Below are positions 7,062-13,691 of a stretch of 13,691 nt of DNA, piece after piece (the first letter of the stretch is position 1; every line of letters starts with the position of its first letter). A program made the translations under genes and the position numbers. Source of the DNA: an uncultured Janthinobacterium sp. (GTDB lineage Bacteria > Vulcanimicrobiota > Vulcanimicrobiia > Vulcanimicrobiales > Vulcanimicrobiaceae); the NCBI GenBank assembly GCA_964658025.1, contig CAZZXB010000083.1, forward strand, positions 1 to 13,691, in the 5' to 3' direction. The notes beneath the pieces are model-generated. The model was not told the origin of the DNA. It saw only the letters and a list, made by a program, of their open reading frames with translations, and ran no database searches.

Positions 7062-8444
7062 GTGTCCCTCCGGGACGTTCCGGCGATGACGCGGTTTCTC
7101 GAAGAACCCGACGTCGCCAGGTTTAGCGCACTGTTCGGAACGACCGTCGTGAAAGCGACGGTCGACGACGTTCTGCGGCACGTTCGTAGCGACGCCGCGC
7201 GCGAACGCGTTCCGGTTCCCGCCTACCAGGACTTGCTCGGAGCGGTTCGGATGCGGCTCGCGCGCGTCGAGACGGACGGACTCGTCCCCGTCCTCAACGG
7301 GACCGGCATCGTGCTCCATACGAACCTCGGTCGCGCGCCGCTCGGCGACGACGCGCTCGACGCGATGCGCGAGGTCGCGAGCGGCTACTCGAATCTCGAG
7401 TTCGATCTCGAGACGGGAGCGCGCGGATCGCGCTACGCGCGCGTGCGGGATCTCTTCCGCGCGACGACGGGCGCCGAAGACTCGCTCGTCGTCAATAATT
7501 GTGCGGCCGCGGTGCTCCTCATCCTCGACACGTTCGCGAAGGATCGCGAGGTGATCGTCTCGCGCAACCAACTCGTCGAGATCGGCGGCGGCTTTCGTTT
7601 GCCGGACGTCCTCGCGCGAAGCGGCGCTAGACTCGTCGAAGTCGGCGCGACCAATAAAGTCTACGCGCGCGACTTCGAGCGCGCGCTCACCGTCGACACG
7701 GCGCTCTTCGTGCGCAGCCATCCGTCGAACTATCGCATCGAAGGCTTCACGGCGGACGTCTCCGCGAGCGAGCTCGCCGCGCTCGGAAAACGCGCGGGCG
7801 TGCCGACCGTCGAAGATCAGGGGAGCGGCGCGCTCGTCGATCTCGCGGAGTTCGGCTTGCCGCACGAGCGGACGGTCCGCGAGGCCGTGGCGGACGGTAT
7901 GGATCTCGTGGCGTTCTCCGGCGACAAACTGCTCGGCGGTCCGCAGGTCGGTGCGATCGTCGGTCGGACGAGCGCGATCGCGCGACTGCGAGCAAATCCG
8001 CTCTTGCGCGCGCTCCGCGTCGACAAGGCGACGCTCGCCGCGCTCGCGGCGACGTTGCGCTGCTACGTCGAGCCGCGCGGACATCTGCGTCTGCCGCTGT
8101 ACGCGATGCTCTCGGCGCCGGTCGCGCGGTTAAGCGAACGCGCGGAACGGATCGTCGCGTCGGCGCGCGCCGCGCTCGGCGAAAGCGATCGTATCGATCT
8201 CGCGATCGTCGCGTCGCAGGCGTTCGCGGGCGGCGGTGCCGCGCCGCTCGATCCGATGCCGTCGATCGCGATCTCGATTCGCGCGAGCGGCACCGACGCC
8301 GGCGCGATCGTCGCGGCGTTACGCGGGAGCGAGCCGCGCGTCGTCGGGCGCGCTTCCGACGGTATCGCGCTGATCGATCTGCGCGCGATCCCCGAATCTC
8401 GCGACGACGACGTCGTCCGCGCACTCGCACGCGCGCTCGCGTAG
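7062..8444 (+). CDS. selA: L-seryl-tRNA(Sec) selenium transferase (selenocysteine synthase), ~460 aa
   Basis: VLNGTGIVLHTNLGRAPL, GYSNLEFDLETGARGSR, VVNNCAAAV, LVEIGGGFRLPDV, HPSNYRIEGFT, PLP-lysine motif FSGDKLLGGPQ and RALRVDK. GTG 7062 retains the N-terminal LRDVPAMTRFL segment. Confidence 0.97.
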   Translation: MSLRDVPAMTRFLEEPDVARFSALFGTTVVKATVDDVLRHVRSDAARERVPVPAYQDLLGAVRMRLARVETDGLVPVLNGTGIVLHTNLGRAPLGDDALDAMREVASGYSNLEFDLETGARGSRYARVRDLFRATTGAEDSLVVNNCAAAVLLILDTFAKDREVIVSRNQLVEIGGGFRLPDVLARSGARLVEVGATNKVYARDFERALTVDTALFVRSHPSNYRIEGFTADVSASELAALGKRAGVPTVEDQGSGALVDLAEFGLPHERTVREAVADGMDLVAFSGDKLLGGPQVGAIVGRTSAIARLRANPLLRALRVDKATLAALAATLRCYVEPRGHLRLPLYAMLSAPVARLSERAERIVASARAALGESDRIDLAIVASQAFAGGGAAPLDPMPSIAISIRASGTDAGAIVAALRGSEPRVVGRASDGIALIDLRAIPESRDDDVVRALARALA

Positions 8445-8449
8445 CGCGC

Positions 8450-10321
8450 GTGCACATCCTCGGTACGGCCGGCCACGTCGATCACGGAAAGTCGTCGCTC
8501 GTCCGCGCGCTCACGGGGACCGATCCCGATCGCTGGCTCGAAGAACGCCTGCGCGGCATGACGCTCGATCTCGGGTTCGCGCATCTCCGCTACCCCGACG
8601 GCATCGAGGCCGGCATCATCGACGTCCCCGGGCACGAACGCTTCATCCACAACATGCTCGCGGGCGCGGCCGGGATGGACCTGCTCCTACTCGTCGTCGC
8701 CGCGAACGAAGGACCGCGTCCGCAGACGCTCGAGCATCTCGCGATCCTGCGATACCTCAACGTGAAGCGCACGATCGTCGTGCTCTCGAAAGCCGATCTC
8801 GTCGATGCCGAAGAACTCGCGTTCGCCGAAGAATTACTGCGCGAGGGCCTCGCGGGGACGATCGCGGAGAACGCGGACGTCGTTTCGGTCTCGACGGTAA
8901 CGGGTGCCGGATTGCCGGAGTTGCGCGCGGCGATTCACGAAGCGCTTCGCGCGTTGCCGCCACGCGCGCCCGACGCTCCCGCATATCTTCCGATCGACCG
9001 CGTGTTCGCGCTCTCCGGACACGGCACGATCGTGACGGGGACGCTCATGCAGGGTCGCATCGCGGTCGGCGACGCGCTCGCGCTCGCGCCCGAAGGTCGC
9101 GACGTCCGCGTCCGCAGTCTGCAGGTTTTCGGCGCGAAACGCGATCGCGTCGACGGCGGATCGCGCGTCGCCGTGAACCTGCCCGGCGTCGAAACCTCGG
9201 AGATCGCGCGCGGCGCGGTGCTCGCGAGCCCGCAGTTCGCGACGTCGGCGAGCGTCGCCGTGACGTTCGTTCCGCTCGCATCCGCGCTGTCGATCTTGCG
9301 GCGGCGCATGCCCGTCCGCGCGTATCTCGGGTCCGCGGAGATCCTCGGGACGCTCGTGTTCGACGCGATCCCGACGACGGCGGAGTCGCTCGTCGCGACG
9401 CTCCATCTGCGCGCGCCGACGATCGTCGTGCCGGGCGGCGCGTACGTCGTGCGTCGGCTCTCGCCGAAAACGCTGCTCGGCGGCGGCACCGTCGCCGCGA
9501 CGCTCGCGAGCGAGGGCGCGCAGGTCGGCGATTCGCCCGAGACCGCGATCGTGCGCGCGGCGCTCCACGCGACGGGAATCCTCGGCGCGACGGCCGCGCA
9601 GATCGGCTCGGCCGCGAACGTCCGCGAAGACGTCGCGGAGCGGATGCTCGCCGATCTCGTCGCGGACGGGCGCGCGCATCGTCTCGCACGACCGGTCGCC
9701 TACGCCGATGCGGAACGCGTCGGCGCCGTGCTGGCGGACGTACGCGAGCGACTCGCCGCAGCGGAATCGGCGACGCCGTGGATCGCGGGGACGACCGCGC
9801 TCGCGCTCTCGCGCGCGCTCGCCATCCCCGAACCCACGCTCGCGCGCATCCTCGTGATCGGCGTGGAAGACGGGCGCGTCGCCGCGCGGAGCGGCTACTA
9901 CGCGACGCCCGAATTCGTCCCCGCGCTCGCTCCCGAGCAACGCGCGTTCTTCGATCGATGCTTCGCGGGCGATCCCGCGCAACCGAGCGTCCCCGTCGCG
10001 GTCGACGACCTCGCGAGCGCGATGCGCGCCGCGAAGATCGGCGGCCTCGCGCAAGCGTACGAGATGCTGCTCGCGAACGGCGCGCTCGTCAAGGTGGCGG
10101 ACGGCGTGTACCGCGAGCCGCAGATCGCGGAGATCCGCGCCAAGCTCGAGGCGGCGCTCCGTCGCGACAAGCAGATCACGATGGCGACGTTTCGCGACCT
10201 CACGGGCACGTCGCGCAAATACGCCGTCCCGTTACTCGAATGGTTCGACGCGACCGGCGTGACGATCCGTTCGGGCGACATGCGCGTGCTGCGCATCGTG
10301 CCGCCGAAGGGTCGCGCGTGA
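8450..10321 (+). CDS. selB: Selenocysteine-specific translation elongation factor SelB
   Basis: GTAGHVDHGKS, RGMTLDLGFA, DVPGHERFIHNMLAGA, LPIDRVFALSGHGTIVTGTL and the C-terminal SECIS-binding winged helix FRDLTGTSRKYAVPLLEWFD...RSGDMR. Starts 5 nt after selA. Confidence 0.97.
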   Translation: MHILGTAGHVDHGKSSLVRALTGTDPDRWLEERLRGMTLDLGFAHLRYPDGIEAGIIDVPGHERFIHNMLAGAAGMDLLLLVVAANEGPRPQTLEHLAILRYLNVKRTIVVLSKADLVDAEELAFAEELLREGLAGTIAENADVVSVSTVTGAGLPELRAAIHEALRALPPRAPDAPAYLPIDRVFALSGHGTIVTGTLMQGRIAVGDALALAPEGRDVRVRSLQVFGAKRDRVDGGSRVAVNLPGVETSEIARGAVLASPQFATSASVAVTFVPLASALSILRRRMPVRAYLGSAEILGTLVFDAIPTTAESLVATLHLRAPTIVVPGGAYVVRRLSPKTLLGGGTVAATLASEGAQVGDSPETAIVRAALHATGILGATAAQIGSAANVREDVAERMLADLVADGRAHRLARPVAYADAERVGAVLADVRERLAAAESATPWIAGTTALALSRALAIPEPTLARILVIGVEDGRVAARSGYYATPEFVPALAPEQRAFFDRCFAGDPAQPSVPVAVDDLASAMRAAKIGGLAQAYEMLLANGALVKVADGVYREPQIAEIRAKLEAALRRDKQITMATFRDLTGTSRKYAVPLLEWFDATGVTIRSGDMRVLRIVPPKGRA

Positions 10322-10394
10322 GGCGAGGACATCTCGATACGCGAAGATCAGACCCGCACGGAAAAGACCCGGCGAGAAAGGACGCACCGAGCTT

Positions 10395-10922
10395 ATGATC
10401 GCGCGCATTCCGCCCCCGACGACCGTCGTCGATCTCGAGCGATATTCCGAAGCAAATCCCGGATGGCAACTGGAGCGCGAGGCCGACGGGACGATCACGC
10501 TGACGCCGATCGGAACCGAAGCGAGTTTGCGGTCGACCGTCCTGAGTTCGCTCGTCTACGCGTTCGCGAACCGCCACGGCGGTGTTGCATTCGATGCTTC
10601 GACCGGATTTACGATGCCCGATGGGGCGATTCTCTCACCCGATTGTTCGTGGATGCTCGACGAGCGGTGGCGTAGACTCTCCGAACGAGAACGTAACAGT
10701 TTCGCGCCGATCGTCCCGAACGTGTGCGTCGAGATCGTTCTCTGGTCACAGCATTTCGACGCCGTCGTAGACAAGGCGCGACGCTATCGCTCGTTCGGTG
10801 CCGACTTCGCGCTCGTGCTCGATCCGCGAGACGGCCGAACTTGGAGCGACGGGATCGCGCCGACGGGATTTCCGACGGATTTTTCTCGCGTCCTCGGCGA
10901 CGTCTCGCGTAAAGCGACGTGA
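10395..10922 (+). CDS. Uma2 family (DUF820) putative endonuclease
   Basis: LEREADGTITLTP, FDASTGFTMPDGAILSPDCSW, FAPIVPNVCVEIV, DKARRY..FG...LVLDP. An SD-like AAAGGA lies upstream. Confidence 0.9.
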   Translation: MIARIPPPTTVVDLERYSEANPGWQLEREADGTITLTPIGTEASLRSTVLSSLVYAFANRHGGVAFDASTGFTMPDGAILSPDCSWMLDERWRRLSERERNSFAPIVPNVCVEIVLWSQHFDAVVDKARRYRSFGADFALVLDPRDGRTWSDGIAPTGFPTDFSRVLGDVSRKAT

Positions 10923-12511
10923 AGCGCTCGACGCTCGCGATAACGCTTTGCTTTTCGTTCGCCGCGTCACCGGCGAGTGCGGTCGACCGTTCGACGACGA
11001 TCCGCGTCGGGTCGATCCGGCAGCCCGCGACGATCGATCCGATGCGCGGCGGGCAGTACATGGAGAACTATCTCGACGAGGCGCTCTTTAGCGGGCTCAC
11101 CGTGATCGGCGATCGCGGCGAAGTGACGCCCGATCTCGCCGAGGTCGTTCCCACGCGGCGCAACGGCGGAATCTCGCGCGATGGACTGACGATCACGTAT
11201 CGACTCCGTCCGCATCTGGTCTGGTCGGACGGCGTGCCGCTCACGTCGCGCGACGTCGCGTTCACGTTCGCGCTCTTGCGCGCGAACGCGACGAACTTTC
11301 CGTCGCGCGCGACCTACGATATCGTCGAGCGGATCGAGACGCCCGACGCGCGGACCGTTCGCGTCCGTTTGCGAGCGCCCGACGAAGACGCGGTCGCCGA
11401 GATCTTCGTGAACGGGCAGAACGGATCGATCGTCCCGGAGCACGTGTTGCGCGGCGTCACCGATCTCGTGCGGTCGGATTTCGACACGCATCCGACCGGG
11501 TCGGGTCCGTACGTGCTCGATCGTTGGGATCGCGGGACGGGGATCGCGATGCGCGCGAATCCGCACTACTTCCGCGGCGTCGCGAAAACCCCGAAGCTCT
11601 TTCTCGCCTTCGTTCCCGACGGCAACACGCTCGGCTTACAGGTGCGGACCGGAGCGCTCGATTTCGCGCCGTTGCCGCCCTCGCTCGCGCCGGAATTCGC
11701 GAACCTTCCGGGCGTGCGACTCCTCTCCGCGACTTCGACGACGCTCGCGGAACTCGAATTCAACGTCAAGGCGCCGCCGCTCGACGACGCGCGCGTCCGT
11801 CGCGCGCTCGGCCTCGCGATCGATCGTGCGCGGATCGCCGGGACGATCTTCCACGGTCAGGCCGACGTCGCGAACGGTCTCCTCCCGCCGTCGTCTGCGT
11901 TCGCACGCGCCGACGCGCCGCCGCATCCGGCCGATCCGCGTGCGGCGGGTGCGTTACTCGATGCGGCGGGGTGGCGAGCGGGTTCCGACGGAATGCGCCG
12001 ACGCGGCGTAACGCCGCTTGCGTTCTCGTTACTCGTCCCCGCGGGAAATCCGACGTACTCGAACGTCGCCGTGCAACTCCAAGCGACGTGGCACGCAATC
12101 GGAGCCGACGTCTCCGTGCGCACGCAACAATCGGATCAGATGCGCGCGCCCGACGGGACGCTCGCGCAGGGCAAGTTCGACGCGGTCGTCTCGCCGTTCG
12201 GCTTCGTCGTCACGCCCGATCGAACGAACTTCATCACGACGGCCGCCGAACCGCCGTACGGTTACAATTACTCGCGGTACTCGAATCCCTCGGTCGATCG
12301 GGATACCGCGCGCGCGCGCGCCGAGCGCGATCCGGCGAAGCGCGAGCGTCTCTTCGCCGCGATCGAAGCGCGTGTTCGTGCCGACGCGCCGATCGTCCCG
12401 ATCGTGTGGACGCGATACGCGTACGCGCTGCGAGACGGCATCGACGGCGTCCGACCCGAGCCCGTGAATTCGGATCTCTGGAACGTCTACGATTGGATCC
12501 GAACGCGCTGA
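10919..12511 (+). CDS. ABC transporter substrate-binding protein, family 5 (peptide/nickel type)
   Basis: Signal peptide MKRSTLAITLCFSFAASPASA; LFSGL, PDLA, SRDGLTITYRLR...WSDGVPLTSRDVAFTF, PTGSGPY, DARVRRALGLAIDR, NYSRYSNP and WNVYDW. Its start overlaps the Uma2 stop (GTGA). Confidence 0.94.
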   Translation: MKRSTLAITLCFSFAASPASAVDRSTTIRVGSIRQPATIDPMRGGQYMENYLDEALFSGLTVIGDRGEVTPDLAEVVPTRRNGGISRDGLTITYRLRPHLVWSDGVPLTSRDVAFTFALLRANATNFPSRATYDIVERIETPDARTVRVRLRAPDEDAVAEIFVNGQNGSIVPEHVLRGVTDLVRSDFDTHPTGSGPYVLDRWDRGTGIAMRANPHYFRGVAKTPKLFLAFVPDGNTLGLQVRTGALDFAPLPPSLAPEFANLPGVRLLSATSTTLAELEFNVKAPPLDDARVRRALGLAIDRARIAGTIFHGQADVANGLLPPSSAFARADAPPHPADPRAAGALLDAAGWRAGSDGMRRRGVTPLAFSLLVPAGNPTYSNVAVQLQATWHAIGADVSVRTQQSDQMRAPDGTLAQGKFDAVVSPFGFVVTPDRTNFITTAAEPPYGYNYSRYSNPSVDRDTARARAERDPAKRERLFAAIEARVRADAPIVPIVWTRYAYALRDGIDGVRPEPVNSDLWNVYDWIRTR

Positions 12512-12518
12512 TTCGGTT

Positions 12519-12540
12519 CGGCGCGAGTGGGATCGCGCCG
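12519..12540. terminator. Hairpin between the convergent SBP and RMD1-like genes
   Basis: Perfect 8-bp stem CGGCGCGA / TCGCGCCG with the 6-nt loop GTGGGA. No U-tract. Confidence 0.45.
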
Positions 12541-12553
12541 CGATGCGATTCGT

Positions 12554-13648
12554 TTACGGCCGTAGCGCGACGACGCCGAGGACGATCTCGACGGCGATGA
12601 GCGAGATCACGACGACTTCGAGGAATTCGCTGCGCGCCGCTTGCGCTTGATCGGTGAAGAACCGATACATCTCGTTGACGGTCTCGACTTTCGCGTCGAT
12701 CTGCTTCTGCCAGTCCTTGAGTCCCAGCCGGCCCGTCACGCCGCGATAGAAGCGCGCGTAGTACGCGTCGCCGATGATCTTGAGCGCGTTCGAGGAGCGG
12801 TCCGTGAGCTCGGCGATGTCGACGATGAGATAGCGCAGGCGGTCGGCCGCATCTTGCGCCTGACGGCGGCCGAAGCGGCGCGTCGGACGTTTCGCATCGA
12901 GCGCGTAGATCGTATCGAGCTCTTCGTCGAGTCGCGCGTCGTACGTTCGGAGTTCCGCGAGCTGCGTGTTCGCGAACTCGATGATGTCGAGCGTGTTCTG
13001 CGCGCCTTCGCGATCGTCGTACACGAAGGCCGTATCCCACTGCACGACCGCGAGATCGTCTTCGAAGTACGCGAAGTTCACGCGCAGCGTCTCGGTACAC
13101 TCGGTCGTCGTGACGCGACGCTCCTCGCACAGCACGAGGCTCGCGAGCGCGGGGCCGAACGCGTCGACGAGTTCGGGCCCGGTGACGGACGACGCGAACG
13201 CCTCGACGTTGAAGACGAAGTAGTCCTCGAGCAGCGGCTCGTGCGGATCGTCGAGCGCGTCGCCGTTGGCGACGAGAAAATCGTCGAGCGCCCGTCGCGC
13301 GATCGACGGAAGCGTCGGATCGCCGCGGAGCCGCCGCGTCTCCGCCGCGAACGCATCCCACGGCCCGGGTGCGAGCGCGCACGAGATCCGGATCGACACG
13401 ACGCCGTAATCGAAGGCCTTCGCGCGCATCCGAAGATCGGGCGGGGCCGCGAGCGTCACGACGACGGGCGGCTCCGGGAATTCGATGAAGTCGCTCGACG
13501 CTTCGCGTCGGAGTTGCAACGGCGCGCGCGCGACGGCTTCGCTCGACGGCGTCGCGCGGAGACGCCCGAGGGCGATCGTATCGGCCACATCGAACACGAA
13601 GTAAGCGTAGAACGTCCCACTCGCGACGCCGGGAGGCTGCGTCTCCAT
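12554..13648 (-). CDS. RMD1/DUF155-like conserved protein with a C-terminal transmembrane helix
   Basis: FDYGVVSI, IIEFANTQLAELRTYDARLD, LKIIGDAYYARFY and the C-terminal RSEFLEVVVISLIAVEIVLG, which resembles the RMD1-family LEWIIIxLIxxE ending. Confidence 0.72.
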   Translation of the reverse strand: METQPPGVASGTFYAYFVFDVADTIALGRLRATPSSEAVARAPLQLRREASSDFIEFPEPPVVVTLAAPPDLRMRAKAFDYGVVSIRISCALAPGPWDAFAAETRRLRGDPTLPSIARRALDDFLVANGDALDDPHEPLLEDYFVFNVEAFASSVTGPELVDAFGPALASLVLCEERRVTTTECTETLRVNFAYFEDDLAVVQWDTAFVYDDREGAQNTLDIIEFANTQLAELRTYDARLDEELDTIYALDAKRPTRRFGRRQAQDAADRLRYLIVDIAELTDRSSNALKIIGDAYYARFYRGVTGRLGLKDWQKQIDAKVETVNEMYRFFTDQAQAARSEFLEVVVISLIAVEIVLGVVALRP

Positions 13649-13691
13649 CGGGATTCAGAGTTATCGAGCGTCGGCGCGGGTTCCGCCCGCC

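Noticed and set aside
12509..12565. SBP TGA followed by a hairpin, a possible SECIS
   Set aside because: The protein ends at the normal family C-terminus (WNVYDW), and the hairpin is better explained as a terminator between convergent genes.
1..13691. CRISPR array, IS element, integrase, rRNA or tRNA
   Set aside because: No regularly spaced repeats, transposase or integrase motifs, or structural RNA signatures were seen by eye.

Overview
GC-rich, strongly CG-dinucleotide-rich bacterial chromosomal window. From left to right: the 3' part of gyrA; a three-gene accessory regulatory module (stand-alone wHTH-BTAD/SARP-like regulator on minus, divergent large STAND ATPase-TPR-LuxR regulator on plus, convergent small ~64-aa ORF preceded by a 10-codon mini-ORF); a secreted hypothetical protein with a Pro/Ala/Thr-rich linker; a probable operon trxA-selA-selB-Uma2 family protein-orphan family 5 ABC substrate-binding protein; and a convergent RMD1/DUF155-like gene. 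No selD or tRNA-Sec is visible. The most notable unannotated signal is a shared 21-bp box (18/21 identical, imperfect palindrome ATCCGTR-N4-TACGTAT plus TTT) at 2214-2234 and 5432-5452. Each copy lies 22-23 nt upstream of a minus-strand TANNNT hexamer in front of one of the two genes flanking the STAND-LuxR regulator, which suggests a self-contained regulon. All calls come from reading the sequence; no searches were run.
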